Shown: in pieces, positions 37,830 through 47,912 of the stretch | Layout: the number at the start of each line of letters is the position of its first letter | Numbering within the stretch: position 1 is the first letter of the stretch | Assembly (NCBI GenBank): GCA_012960845.1 | Contig: DUAN01000228.1 | Span: 1-57,951 of the forward strand | Source of the DNA: Planctomycetota bacterium | Lineage (GTDB): Bacteria > Planctomycetota > UBA8108 > UBA1146 | Direction: 5' to 3' | Length of the DNA: 57,951 nt | The notes under the pieces: generated by a model | What the model saw: the letters and a program-made list of their open reading frames with translations, nothing else | What the model was told of the DNA's origin: nothing | Databases searched by the model: none | Translations under genes and position numbers: made by a program

Positions 37830-38981
37830 CTAAGGGGTCACGGCATCGTCGCAGCGGCCCAGGGTCGAGGCACGCAGGTGCAACCAGTCCCAGAATCCCG
37901 CCCTGAGGGCCAGAGCCTTTCGCATCCCCTTGACCAGATCCACCCGCCCCGATGGGGTTGCAGCATAGTGCCGTGAGATCTCGAGCAAGGTTTCTTGATG
38001 GTGATCATCGACGGCAGCGTGGAGGGGGAAGAAAACCGTCTCTTTCGGATCAACTCCGAGCACCGTGATCGCCGGCAAGAAGTGCTGGTACATGGTGCTC
38101 ACCACATTTTCGGTTCCCAGACCCAGAGCCCCGATCGCTTCCGCAGGGGATCCTCCCGAAAGAACCGAAAGGAACATCTCACGCCAGCAGACCACCTCCA
38201 CCGAGTCCGACTCCGGATTCAAGTTTTTGACTCCTGTTGCTTCACAGAATCTACGAAAGAGGATCGGATGCGGAATCCCATCCACCCACTCCTGCTCCAC
38301 ACCGATGCCTGCCAGTTCCTCCAGTTCATCGGACTCGTAAATGCCTGCCTCTTCGGTGAGATTTTCCATCAGAGCCGTTCGATGCTCGGGTCTCTCCAGG
38401 CGCCCGATGACAGTGGTCAAAAACCGCGGAAAATGTGACGAGTAACCGTGATAATGGCAGGCGAAATCCGCCAGTGCCCAGTTCATGTCTGGAAGAGAAT
38501 GATTCCTCAATGCCAGCAGGTAGGGATGGTTCACCGCACGATGCGCGATGGCCTCTTCTGTCACCCTTTGAAGAAAGAACTCGATATCTTGATCCTCTGA
38601 ACTCGCTGCGGAGCTCAGATGCGCCTGACGTCGAGCATCGAGGATCCGGACAAAATACAGCAGCTCCTCTGGGTCTTTGGCCAGATCTCTCAACAGGTCT
38701 TCTCGTTCCATCTTCCGCAACACGCTGGAGATCCCTGCGCGGACAGTGGCGCTCCTCGGGCGGCGATCGATGAATGCCATCTCGCCGACCAGATCTCCCG
38801 CCTCGATGGTGTCGATCACCGCGCCGCCACGCAGCACCTCGACTTGGCCACTCTCGATCAGGTAGATACTCTCCTCGAAATCGCCCTCGCGGATGATTTC
38901 GGTTCCTTCTTCAATTTCGATCCGATCTCCTGAATCGCTCAATCGATCGAGCAGATCCTGGGGTAGAACAGGCTGATTCAC
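37830..38981 (-). CDS. cNMP-binding domain fused to a heme-oxygenase-like diiron oxidase (TenA/PqqC/CADD superfamily)
   Basis: N-terminal GEMAFIDRRPRSATV; C-terminal NLTEE..H, GTE and FFPLHAAVDDHH ligand pattern. Alternative start TTG 38996. Confidence 0.8.
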   Translation of the reverse strand: MNQPVLPQDLLDRLSDSGDRIEIEEGTEIIREGDFEESIYLIESGQVEVLRGGAVIDTIEAGDLVGEMAFIDRRPRSATVRAGISSVLRKMEREDLLRDLAKDPEELLYFVRILDARRQAHLSSAASSEDQDIEFFLQRVTEEAIAHRAVNHPYLLALRNHSLPDMNWALADFACHYHGYSSHFPRFLTTVIGRLERPEHRTALMENLTEEAGIYESDELEELAGIGVEQEWVDGIPHPILFRRFCEATGVKNLNPESDSVEVVCWREMFLSVLSGGSPAEAIGALGLGTENVVSTMYQHFLPAITVLGVDPKETVFFPLHAAVDDHHQETLLEISRHYAATPSGRVDLVKGMRKALALRAGFWDWLHLRASTLGRCDDAVTP

Positions 38982-39181
38982 GATGTCTCCATTCAAAGTG
39001 CTCCGCTCAGCGGGTCACCAAAGGTGTCTATTCTTGAAGTGGATCATTTCTGAAGAAGTTCCACAAGCCATCCGGGGGTCGAGAGCACACAACTCCATCG
39101 CACGCCTGTATCCGGAATCGCAACGCACTCGGACAGATTTTCACAGGAGACTGCATTGGATCAATGATCCCCTACTGGCCT

Positions 39182-39862
39182 TCATTTATTACTCTTCTGT
39201 TTCTTCCGTCGATAGGGGTGAACCCAACTGGCAAAGGCATGGGGGCAGCGCGACTGCACCCACACCTTTCCTCTGCCGGAGAAGCGCAGCAGCAATTGAT
39301 CTCCGAAGAGGAATGAACGGATCTTGCGTGCGCGGGTCAGCCGGTAGTCGAGGCTCGGTTCCCACGCCACCGCATAGCCGTTGTCGACGAGGTACTCCCC
39401 GTCTACTTCCACTTCCTGAATATCTCCATAAGCATTGAAGAACAGGGTGCCAGTCCCCGAACAACGAAGGATGAAGAGGCCCTCGTTGAAGAAACCACGA
39501 AGACCATCGAACTTGGTATCGATCTGGATGTCTCCGATGGAAGCGAGGTAGGCTCCCTTCTGCAGGAAAATCTCTTCGCCATTCATCTCCCTGGCCACGA
39601 TTGCCCCTGCGGGTCCCGGAGCCAGACTCACCCGAGCTCCCGAAGATTGTGTGGTGTAGGTATTCTGAAAGAAGGATTCTCCCGAGAGGAGGACTCTCTT
39701 CAATCCCTGAAAGACACCCCCACGAGTGGAGGTTTCCATCTCGATCTCTGGATCCATCCAGGCCATGGCACCGGACTCGCTCGAGATGGACTCGGAAACA
39801 TCCAACTCCACTTCCAGATAGGAATAGCCCGGCTGACAATCAATCTTGTACTTCATCTTCAC
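39182..39862 (-). CDS. AIM24/TIGR00266-family protein
   Basis: Motifs ESGAMAWM, GESFF, EGLF and VDNGY.VAW. Confidence 0.9.
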   Translation of the reverse strand: MKMKYKIDCQPGYSYLEVELDVSESISSESGAMAWMDPEIEMETSTRGGVFQGLKRVLLSGESFFQNTYTTQSSGARVSLAPGPAGAIVAREMNGEEIFLQKGAYLASIGDIQIDTKFDGLRGFFNEGLFILRCSGTGTLFFNAYGDIQEVEVDGEYLVDNGYAVAWEPSLDYRLTRARKIRSFLFGDQLLLRFSGRGKVWVQSRCPHAFASWVHPYRRKKQKSNK

Positions 39863-40545
39863 CCCCTCGGAGGTAGCAAGGGCCCCAGTCGCTTACCAAA
39901 GCCGCTGGCATCGTGGGTCTGGACGATCACTCTTCCCTGCCCACTGAACTTCATCACGAATCCTTCACCAGCAAGGAAGGACTGCATCCATGAGCCCCCC
40001 GCCTTGGTCACGGAGTAATCCAGAGATGCCTCGTAGGCGACCAGGTGACCGGTGTCGATGGTCAGTTCACCATTCACTTCCAGTTCCCGTAGCGCCCCGA
40101 AGGCACCGACCAGGATGGTTCCACTACCCGATGCCTCGAGGAAAAACAAACTCTCGCCGGAGATGAATCCCCCCAGTCCCTGGAACTGCATATCGAGTTC
40201 GATGTCTCCACCGGCAGCCAGAAAGGAACCGCCCGTGGTCTTCCAGTGATTCGCCCCGGCCACTTCCAGTGTCATCACCTCTCCCGGCAGAATCGGTGCG
40301 ATCCCCACCTCACCCGACCCCCCGTCGGTGGTGCTGTAGGTGGAGAGGAAGAAGGAGTCGCCACCGAGCAGGCGCTTGACCCCCGACAACATGCCGCCAC
40401 CCTTCTTCGCACGAGTCGTGACGTCGATATCGACATTTCCGGAAGCTCGCACCATCGCCCCCGATTCGCTGATCAGACGCTCTCCATGATCGAAGTGGAC
40501 CAGCGCCGACTGGAAGGCTCCCTGTTCGAGGATTTCGAATCTCAT
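39859..40545 (-). CDS. AIM24/TIGR00266-family protein
   Basis: Motifs ESGAMV, GESLF, IDTGHLVA and GEGFVMKFSG. Confidence 0.9.
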   Translation of the reverse strand: MRFEILEQGAFQSALVHFDHGERLISESGAMVRASGNVDIDVTTRAKKGGGMLSGVKRLLGGDSFFLSTYSTTDGGSGEVGIAPILPGEVMTLEVAGANHWKTTGGSFLAAGGDIELDMQFQGLGGFISGESLFFLEASGSGTILVGAFGALRELEVNGELTIDTGHLVAYEASLDYSVTKAGGSWMQSFLAGEGFVMKFSGQGRVIVQTHDASGFGKRLGPLLPPRG

Positions 40546-40549
40546 CGCC

Positions 40550-41209
40550 TTATCCTCTCAGGAACGGGGAGATCCACCCCGCCGTTCCAGCCAGATGACG
40601 AGTCTGAAGCCAGAGCTTGCCGCGACCTGAAAAACGCATCACCAACCCCTCACCGGAGAAGAAGGTGTTCTTGAAACCACCTGTGGTTCCCAGTTTCCAG
40701 TCGAGGGTATGTTCCCAGGCGAGGACATGTCCGTTGTCGACCACCAGTTCGCCATCGAGTTCCTTCTCGACCAGTGCTCCGTAGGCACCGAAAATCACTT
40801 CGCCGGCGCCTGCGGCCTCGATGAAGAAGGCTCCCTTGCCGCTAAAAAACGCCTTGAAGCCACCGAATCTTGTCTTGAGTTGAACTCCATCGGTACAGCC
40901 GGTGAATGCTCCTCCGGCGATCAGCAAGCCCTCACGAGTCACTGGAGTTCGCACCAGGGTCCCGGCCATCGCATGACTGAGCGCGAGACGGCTGTCCCCC
41001 CCGGAGGTGTATTCGGTGATGAAAAGAGATGTTCCACCGAGTACCCGTCGTGCCAGTGAGGTCGCCACACCACCGAGCAATCGAGCTTTCAACTCGATGT
41101 CTCCCTCCATCCAGTTCATCGCACCAGAGGCCGCACGGAATCGTTCTCCAGAGTCCATCTGGACCCGCGCCTCGCCGAAGTCTGGATTTCCTTCCAAGTC
41201 GATCTGCAT
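40550..41209 (-). CDS. AIM24/TIGR00266-family protein
   Basis: Motifs SGAMNWM, VDNGHVLAW and SGEGLVMRFSGRG. Confidence 0.9.
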   Translation of the reverse strand: MQIDLEGNPDFGEARVQMDSGERFRAASGAMNWMEGDIELKARLLGGVATSLARRVLGGTSLFITEYTSGGDSRLALSHAMAGTLVRTPVTREGLLIAGGAFTGCTDGVQLKTRFGGFKAFFSGKGAFFIEAAGAGEVIFGAYGALVEKELDGELVVDNGHVLAWEHTLDWKLGTTGGFKNTFFSGEGLVMRFSGRGKLWLQTRHLAGTAGWISPFLRG

Positions 41210-41321
41210 CGGTGTCCTTTCGCGCCCTCCAGGAGCCATCGTGAACCGAGATCGTGCCCCCAGATGGAGCGGGTCGCAATCCCCGATCGACGAGGATAAC
41301 CTACCTACCTGGAGGATAGCG

Positions 41322-41882
41322 ATGTCCTTACCGGACTCCATCGAGACCGATCGCCTGCTCCTGAGGAAATGGCGCGCCGCAGATCGCGATCCACTGGCAG
41401 CGTTGCTCGCCGATCCTCTCTACCATCGCTTCATGCCAGGTCCGAGCCCTCGATCCGCTGCTGACGCCCAATTTGAACGGATCCAACAAAAGATCGAGAT
41501 CCACGGATTCGGGCCATGGGTCGTGGAGTTGCCCGACGAAGCACAGTTCATCGGATTCCTCGGCCTCGGAATCCCTCGACACACCCTACCTGCGAGCCCC
41601 TGCATCGAGATCGGCTGGCATCTCATCCCCTCCTTCTGGGGCCAGGGGTATGCCACCGAGGGAGCCAGAGCATCGCTCCAGTTTGGATTCGAACATCTGG
41701 GGCTCGATGAAATCGTCAGTTTCACGGTTCCCGCCAACATCGCCTCTCGTCGCGTCATGGAAAAGATCGGCATGAGCCGTGATCTCGATGGCGATTTTGA
41801 TCACCCGGCACTGGAACCGGGGCACCCGCTTCGCCCCCACGTTCTCTACCGGATCCAGCCTGCTGAACTCGATCAAGCGTGA
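41322..41882 (+). CDS. GNAT acetyltransferase, RimJ/RimL-like
   Basis: Motifs ETDRLLLR, EIGW, WGQGYATE and N.ASRRVMEKIGM. GGAGG RBS. Confidence 0.9.
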   Translation: MSLPDSIETDRLLLRKWRAADRDPLAALLADPLYHRFMPGPSPRSAADAQFERIQQKIEIHGFGPWVVELPDEAQFIGFLGLGIPRHTLPASPCIEIGWHLIPSFWGQGYATEGARASLQFGFEHLGLDEIVSFTVPANIASRRVMEKIGMSRDLDGDFDHPALEPGHPLRPHVLYRIQPAELDQA

Positions 41883-41888
41883 ACTCGA

Positions 41889-43730
41889 TCAGGCCTGAAC
41901 CGTCGACAGCGCCTCGGCGATGGCGGTCACGATCTGCGAGTTCTGCTGCGGTGATTTGACCGCAGTCCTCAGCGCATGGGTTCCCAGTGCACTTCCCATG
42001 TTGCTGGCATCCCTCAGATGAACTCCCGATCGGCGACAATGTTGGATGACCTGAGCGGCGGTCGGGCCATCGGCGGGAAGAAAAGTCAAAAGAAAGTTGG
42101 CCACCGATGGAATCACCTCGAGCCCCAGTTGTTGAAGGTCTCTGGCCAGCGACTCGCGAGCCAACGCAGTCGCCTGATATTGGGTCTGGTAGTACTCGGG
42201 ATCCTCGAGTGCCTTCACCGCTGCCACCTGACCCGGCAGACTGACCGCCCACGGTGGAGTCAACGCTCGCAACGGTTCGAGGATCTCTGGAGACGCACAA
42301 AGATATGCCGAACGCACCCCCGACAGTGCATAGCCCTTCGACATCGACTTGCAAACCACGACATTTTTTCGCTGACAGCCAAACTGTTCCAGTGAATGGG
42401 CGCTACCGACGTACTCGATGTAGGTTTCATCGATCCAGAAGCGAGTGGATGATGGGGTAGCCTCGATGATCGACTGCAACTCGCTCATCGGAAGGTGACA
42501 GCCGGTGGGACTGTTGGGATTGACCACCACTACCAGGTCGTAGTCGCCCGTTGCAAGTTGCCCTTGCAACCGTTCGCCAGCGACTTTGAAGCCATCTTCG
42601 CGGCGCAGTTGAAAACGATCGACCTGACAACGCAGAACCTGTTCGCAGACATGAAAGTACTCGCCATAGGATGGATCGAGTAGCAGCACCCGGCTCGATG
42701 ACGAGAGCCACCGATTGAATGCGAGGAAGATCAGATCGGATGATCCGGCCCCCGGCAAGATAGACGATCCCGGCACACCCCTCGCCGCAGCGATCGCTGC
42801 GATCAGGCCCTCGCAACCGGTCGGAGGCGATGTTCGCACCAGCCAGTCGAGGTGCTCGGAGAGGGTCGAAATCACCCCGGGAGCGGCGGGGAACCATGCG
42901 TCCAGAACATCGGCATTGATGATCTCCTGCCGTCGCGAAAGGGTCTGAAAGCCATCGCCCACATCAACGAAGAAACCTCCGCCATGAAAGCAAGCCGATG
43001 GTTTTCTCAGCGGAAAGGGCAGTTGCCACTCCACCCTCTGTTCAATCCGAGCGACCAGTTGAGGTCGCTTCTCGACCTGCTCGCGAATTTGATCGACGGA
43101 GGCGCTCATCAACCGAAAGGTCACGGCACCCCTGACCAGTTCGATTCCATGATCCTGATATCCGCTGCTGCGGTAGATGGAGGCCACCTCGGTGCGACCG
43201 ATGACGACCAATCGAGTTCCTCCGCTCGCCTCCACGGCTCGAAACGAGGCATACATCAGCGCTGGCGCCAGAAGCGATCCCCGCCGTCCAGAGTTGACCG
43301 TCAACAGCCGAACCTCGAATAACCGATCGCGATCCTCGAAGGGCCACTGTTTTCGATCGAGGTAACTATCGAGGGAGTACTCGCCTCCCTCCGGAGGGGT
43401 GATGCTGATGAAGCCAGCCATCTGCCCATCGATGATCGCGACGAAGTAGCGATTGAACTGATCCAGATGATTTTTCAGTATTCCATCGGGGTTCTGCGGG
43501 TGCTGACCCAGTTCGACCGCATAGACATCATGCCTGGTGCGATAGATCTCCTGACGATCCTGCTCTGTCGCCTCTCGGATCACCATCGCGGCGGCAGATG
43601 GCTCGCCTCCTCCAGCCAGTCCACCGTGCTGGATCACCTTCTCGGTGCTGATTGATTCGATCAAGGTCGCCACTCTTTCACCGTGCTGAGTTGAAGCCAG
43701 ATTTTCCTGTAGGCTGTTCGCCACGCACAC
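41889..43730 (-). CDS. Fusion of an N-acyltransferase (GNAT/FeeM-like) and a HisC/CobD-like PLP enzyme
   Basis: N-terminal IYRTRHDVYAVELG and FEVRLLTV; C-terminal FHGG, VNPNSPTG, IDETY and KSMSKGYALSGVR. The true start may be 43673 or 43586. Confidence 0.8.
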   Translation of the reverse strand: MCVANSLQENLASTQHGERVATLIESISTEKVIQHGGLAGGGEPSAAAMVIREATEQDRQEIYRTRHDVYAVELGQHPQNPDGILKNHLDQFNRYFVAIIDGQMAGFISITPPEGGEYSLDSYLDRKQWPFEDRDRLFEVRLLTVNSGRRGSLLAPALMYASFRAVEASGGTRLVVIGRTEVASIYRSSGYQDHGIELVRGAVTFRLMSASVDQIREQVEKRPQLVARIEQRVEWQLPFPLRKPSACFHGGGFFVDVGDGFQTLSRRQEIINADVLDAWFPAAPGVISTLSEHLDWLVRTSPPTGCEGLIAAIAAARGVPGSSILPGAGSSDLIFLAFNRWLSSSSRVLLLDPSYGEYFHVCEQVLRCQVDRFQLRREDGFKVAGERLQGQLATGDYDLVVVVNPNSPTGCHLPMSELQSIIEATPSSTRFWIDETYIEYVGSAHSLEQFGCQRKNVVVCKSMSKGYALSGVRSAYLCASPEILEPLRALTPPWAVSLPGQVAAVKALEDPEYYQTQYQATALARESLARDLQQLGLEVIPSVANFLLTFLPADGPTAAQVIQHCRRSGVHLRDASNMGSALGTHALRTAVKSPQQNSQIVTAIAEALSTVQA

Positions 43731-43784
43731 TCCTGCTCATCGTACAGGAAAGTTCGATGGACCAGTATCTATCCTGAGGAACGG

Positions 43785-44660
43785 TTAGCGATCGATCAGT
43801 TCCTGGTGAATCACTCGAATATGCTCAGGAGTTGTGCCACAGCATCCGCCGACGATGCTGGCTCCTGCGTCGATCCAAGAAGCGGCCAATTGGCCATAGA
43901 GTTCAGGTCCAATGGCGTCGGAGGAGATCCAGTTTCCCGCTTCATCTGCGTGGCCAATATTTCCATAAGCAAGAATCGGAGTTTGATCCAGATCCTGACG
44001 AAGCAGTTTGACCTGATCCACGATGGAGTGCGGAGAAACGCAGTTCACACCGACTCCCTGCGCGTCCTTGATATCCTCCAGCAAGGGTTGCCACTTCTCA
44101 CCGCTCAAGAGAACCCCTGGGGGCCCGGCACTGCGAGTACAGAAACTGATCATCCATTTTCCTTCTGCCACTCGACGTGCCGCTCGAATCGCAGCTCTGG
44201 CTTCGCTCAGATGATTGATCGTCTCGATCAAGATCAGATCTACACCGGCTTCGATGAGATGTTCCATCCACTCGAGATGTTCCTGAAAACACACCTCTTC
44301 ATCCGGCACGAGGTCAGGTCGATAGCAATCTTCAAGAGGAGCGACTGATCCGAGAACCAACGCATCTCGACAGATCTCGTCACGTGCATCCCTTGCGATT
44401 TGAACCGCCTGTCGTGTCAGTTCCGCGGCTCGGTCTCCCAGTCCCGCTTTTTCCAGAACTCGGCGGTGAGTTCGGAAGGTGGCGGTGGTGATGGCCTGGG
44501 CTCCTGCAGTGAGGTAATCGCGATGCACTTGGGCCAGAACCTCTGGCGCATCGAGCAGCGCTCCGGCCGACCACAGGGGCAGGGAGAGATCGACCCCTCT
44601 TTGCTCCAGTTCTGAACCGGTGGCACCATCGATGAGTTGAAGGGCAGACGGATGGACCAT
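43785..44660 (-). CDS. Homocysteine S-methyltransferase family protein
   Basis: Motifs LIDGATGSEL, LWSA, GSVAP, GVNC and GGCCGTTP (Zn cysteines). ATG at 44660 follows GGAGGG. Confidence 0.9.
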   Translation of the reverse strand: MVHPSALQLIDGATGSELEQRGVDLSLPLWSAGALLDAPEVLAQVHRDYLTAGAQAITTATFRTHRRVLEKAGLGDRAAELTRQAVQIARDARDEICRDALVLGSVAPLEDCYRPDLVPDEEVCFQEHLEWMEHLIEAGVDLILIETINHLSEARAAIRAARRVAEGKWMISFCTRSAGPPGVLLSGEKWQPLLEDIKDAQGVGVNCVSPHSIVDQVKLLRQDLDQTPILAYGNIGHADEAGNWISSDAIGPELYGQLAASWIDAGASIVGGCCGTTPEHIRVIHQELIDR

Positions 44661-44790
44661 GAGTTTCCCTCCAGAGATGGCGGCAGTTTCACTGGATTCC
44701 GATGACCAGAAAATTCTGCCGCCAGTAAATACCAATCGTTCGCCGATCCGCCTCGAATCATCGACCGTGGAGCACCACCAGAACTCCATT

Positions 44791-44843
44791 GCGGATGCAC
44801 TCTGTGGCGGATGCACCCTGTGGCGGATGCACCCGGTGGCGGA
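44791..44843. repeat. 16-bp tandem repeat x3 (GCGGATGCACYCKGTG)
   Basis: Read directly from the sequence. Confidence 0.9.
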
Positions 44844-45011
44844 GGCCAGGAGTTCCCAAAGCCACCGATGTGATTACCGACGGAGGAATCGGCATCGCTG
44901 ACCCGAACTCGCTGCGGAACCGAGCTCTCTGCTGAATCATGAATTTCTCGATGTTTCCGAACTTGCGGTCCCGAGGTTGCGGCACCGAGATGGTGACGAC
45001 CCCGGTTGCCG

Positions 45012-47912
45012 CTATGTGGTCTGCCGTGCGACCAGCCCGGCAAAAGTGCCTTCTGCTGCGACCAGCTCGCTGTAAGTCCCCTGCTCGACTACACGGCCTC
45101 GATCGAGCACGTAGATGCAATCGGCAGCACGAATCGAACTGAGTCGATGGGCGATCACGATGCGCGTGACACGCCTTCGATTGAGGCTGTCGTTGACAAT
45201 CTTCTGGGCCTTGTTATCGAGGGCACTGGTAGCCTCGTCGAGGAACAGGATCTTGGGCCTTCGGATCAGCGCGCGGCAGATGAGGATGCGCTGTCGCTGG
45301 CCACCTGAAAGATTACTACCCCCCTCGCTGATCACCGTATGCATCTGCATCGGCATCTCGCGGATGTCATCTGAGATTCCCGCCTCTTCAGCCGCCTCCC
45401 ACGCCTGCTCCATCGAATAGACCGAGCCCACCGTGATGTTCTCGAAGATCGAGCCAGCACCGAGATGCCCCGATTGGAGCACCACTCCCAGTTGCCTGCG
45501 GACGGCGGTGGCATCGATCGAATCGACATCCTGACCATCGAAGCGAACCTCACCGCTTTCGGGACTCTCGAATCCGAGCATCAGCCGCAACAAAGTCGAC
45601 TTTCCGCACCCCGAGGTTCCGGTCAAGGCGATCATCTCACCTGGCCTGGCATGAATCGTCACATCTTCCAGCACCTTGGGACCCTCTGGTGAATAGCGGA
45701 AGTGGATCCGTGAGAGTTCGACCTCTCCCTTCAACTTCCCTGGATCGACGCTGGCGGTAACCGTTTCCATCTCTGCGGTCATCAGAGGCTTCATCCGTTC
45801 AGCGAGTACCGTGGTATCGAGGAAACCCACGACGGTTGCACTCAAGGTCAGTGCACCGGCGAGGAAGATCCCGAGGGCGGTATTGAACGCGAGGAACACA
45901 CCGATGGTCATCGGTGACTGACCCGGATCTTGCCCGGTGACCAGCGGAATCGCCAACATGAACAGGATCAATGTACTCAGTGTCGGGATCGCCATGTTGA
46001 AGAGTCCAAGGCCATCGACGATCCTCTGGACGCTGTTGGAGAGGCTCAACTGCTTCGCGACCCGCTCCATCCACAGGGCAAATGCCCGCCGTTCTGCACC
46101 GGCAACACGCAGTTTGCTCACGGCACTGATGAGTTGGACTTCGAAACCGAGCAGTTCACCTTCCTGCTCCATCAACTTCTTCGCATATCTGCGAATCAGT
46201 ACCCCCCCGATCATGGTGACGACTGCCACCAGAGTGGCGATGACGATGGCCACGAATGCCAGGGTCGAGTTGTAGTAGAAGAGCAGTACCACGTTGAGCA
46301 GTGCCATGAACGATGTCATCAGGGTCAACAAGGTCGAACCGCTGAACTCCTGGCTGATGGCGTGAGCGGCGGAGACACGTTGCAACAGGTCCCCGGTGGA
46401 GTACTTGGAGAAGAAGGACACCTTGAGTCGCAACAATCGATCCCAGATGGCGGATTGAGCATCGAAGTCGGTGATCACCGACAATCGGATGCTGACGAAG
46501 GCCTGGAACACCCTCAGCAGGGTCATCCCGATCGTAACGCCAATCAGCGCTGCGCCCAGTTCCATCAACAGTCTCGGGTTCGAGTCGGGGATCGCGGTAT
46601 CGAGCATGATGGCCATCGCCTGCGGAATCAGCATCCCCATCACCGTGAGAAGCATCGCAGCGAAGAAGAACGAGGTCACATCGGCGAACTTGTTATGAAG
46701 ACAGAACTTCACCAGGCCGAAGGGACTCTTCTCATTTTCGTCGAGGGATCGGATCAACACCAGGGCATCCTTCTCGAGTAACCGAGAGGTGGATTCGGTC
46801 ACGATCGTTCGCGAGTCATCCCGTGGATCGTAGATCAGGTAGTGCCCCCTGCGATCCTGCAAGATCGCTACCGGCCTGCCATCCTGCTCGAGATATGCGA
46901 CCAGTGGGCCGACGTCACGAGTCCACCACTTTCCGCGGAAGACGACGCGCCTCTGCTGAATCCTCGAAGCTCTGGTGATCGCCTCGGCTGGATCGCTCAG
47001 CGACTCCATATCGGTGGAATCGGCGATGGGCAAGATCTCGATCCCCTTCTCGGCTCCGACCAGTTTCATGACGGAAAAGAGATCTTCTCCACGGATCGAC
47101 TGGGTCTCCTGCGGGTTCAACACCGAAGCCAGTTGCGAGAGAGCTTGTTCTGATCTCTTCCCCTCGATGATCTTTCTTCGTTTCACACGCTCGAGGTTAT
47201 GATCCCCTTCACGAGACCTGGATACGGACCTGACCTCCTGGATGCAACGGTGCAGTCGTAGCAACGCAGACGATGCGGTTGAAACGGCAACTTCAGTTCG
47301 ATCGAGTACCTCGAATTCCATCTCCTCGCTCGCTTCGATCCAGCACCCTGCAGGAGCCAGTACCACATCATCTTCGAAGGAGATGTGATGTTTTCCCGCC
47401 AGCAGACCCTTCCCACGAACGACGCGAATCCATCCTTCTCGATCGGCCGGCGGAGCGACCCTGTGCCCGATAGAGATCACACGACTCTCTCCCTCGACCC
47501 ATCTCTCGCAGGAGGAGGGCACCGGCTCGGGATCGAGCAGAGGATAGACCTGCGTTGCCCAGGCCTGGATCACCTCGACCGCAGAGGAACCGAGCGATTG
47601 CGCTGCGAACTCGAGCCGTTCTCTCGGCAACTCGAGAACTCGTAGTGATTCGGTCGAAAGCACCATGGCAGAGTGAGTATCCTCACTCCGTTCTGCAGGA
47701 ATCGAGAAGAGAAAATCACCAGCACTGATGTCCCGGATGAGTCGACGACGTCCGGTGGCATGAGAACCCACCACGTCGGTGGCCACCAGTTCTCCCTGCC
47801 CATCGATGACGACCCAGACCAGATCGGGATCGTTGAGCAGCAGCGATAGATGCCCCGAGACGAGGCGAACCGTTCCATTCTGCTCGAGGAGTTGCGGTTC
47901 AATATTCATCAT
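45012..47912 (-). CDS. NHLM-type bacteriocin-system ABC transporter, ATP-binding/permease subunit without active peptidase
   Basis: N-terminal cNMP-like barrel, WW..D.GP, KLRVAGAERRAFALW, Walker A GTSGCGKST, LSGGQRQR and DEATSALD. ATGA overlap with the upstream ABC gene. Confidence 0.92.
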   Translation of the reverse strand: MMNIEPQLLEQNGTVRLVSGHLSLLLNDPDLVWVVIDGQGELVATDVVGSHATGRRRLIRDISAGDFLFSIPAERSEDTHSAMVLSTESLRVLELPRERLEFAAQSLGSSAVEVIQAWATQVYPLLDPEPVPSSCERWVEGESRVISIGHRVAPPADREGWIRVVRGKGLLAGKHHISFEDDVVLAPAGCWIEASEEMEFEVLDRTEVAVSTASSALLRLHRCIQEVRSVSRSREGDHNLERVKRRKIIEGKRSEQALSQLASVLNPQETQSIRGEDLFSVMKLVGAEKGIEILPIADSTDMESLSDPAEAITRASRIQQRRVVFRGKWWTRDVGPLVAYLEQDGRPVAILQDRRGHYLIYDPRDDSRTIVTESTSRLLEKDALVLIRSLDENEKSPFGLVKFCLHNKFADVTSFFFAAMLLTVMGMLIPQAMAIMLDTAIPDSNPRLLMELGAALIGVTIGMTLLRVFQAFVSIRLSVITDFDAQSAIWDRLLRLKVSFFSKYSTGDLLQRVSAAHAISQEFSGSTLLTLMTSFMALLNVVLLFYYNSTLAFVAIVIATLVAVVTMIGGVLIRRYAKKLMEQEGELLGFEVQLISAVSKLRVAGAERRAFALWMERVAKQLSLSNSVQRIVDGLGLFNMAIPTLSTLILFMLAIPLVTGQDPGQSPMTIGVFLAFNTALGIFLAGALTLSATVVGFLDTTVLAERMKPLMTAEMETVTASVDPGKLKGEVELSRIHFRYSPEGPKVLEDVTIHARPGEMIALTGTSGCGKSTLLRLMLGFESPESGEVRFDGQDVDSIDATAVRRQLGVVLQSGHLGAGSIFENITVGSVYSMEQAWEAAEEAGISDDIREMPMQMHTVISEGGSNLSGGQRQRILICRALIRRPKILFLDEATSALDNKAQKIVNDSLNRRRVTRIVIAHRLSSIRAADCIYVLDRGRVVEQGTYSELVAAEGTFAGLVARQTT

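Noticed and set aside
37830-38981. Calling the diiron domain a CADD-type pABA synthase or PqqC
   Set aside because: There are no folate or pqq genes nearby. By eye, the position of CADD's sacrificial Tyr (HTFY) reads HPYL here. Only the superfamily call is supported.
44417-45120. Possible small genes (immunity protein or second precursor) after the ABC transporter
   Set aside because: The candidate ORFs overlap real genes, cross a 16-bp repeat, and lack an RBS, GG leader or TM segments.
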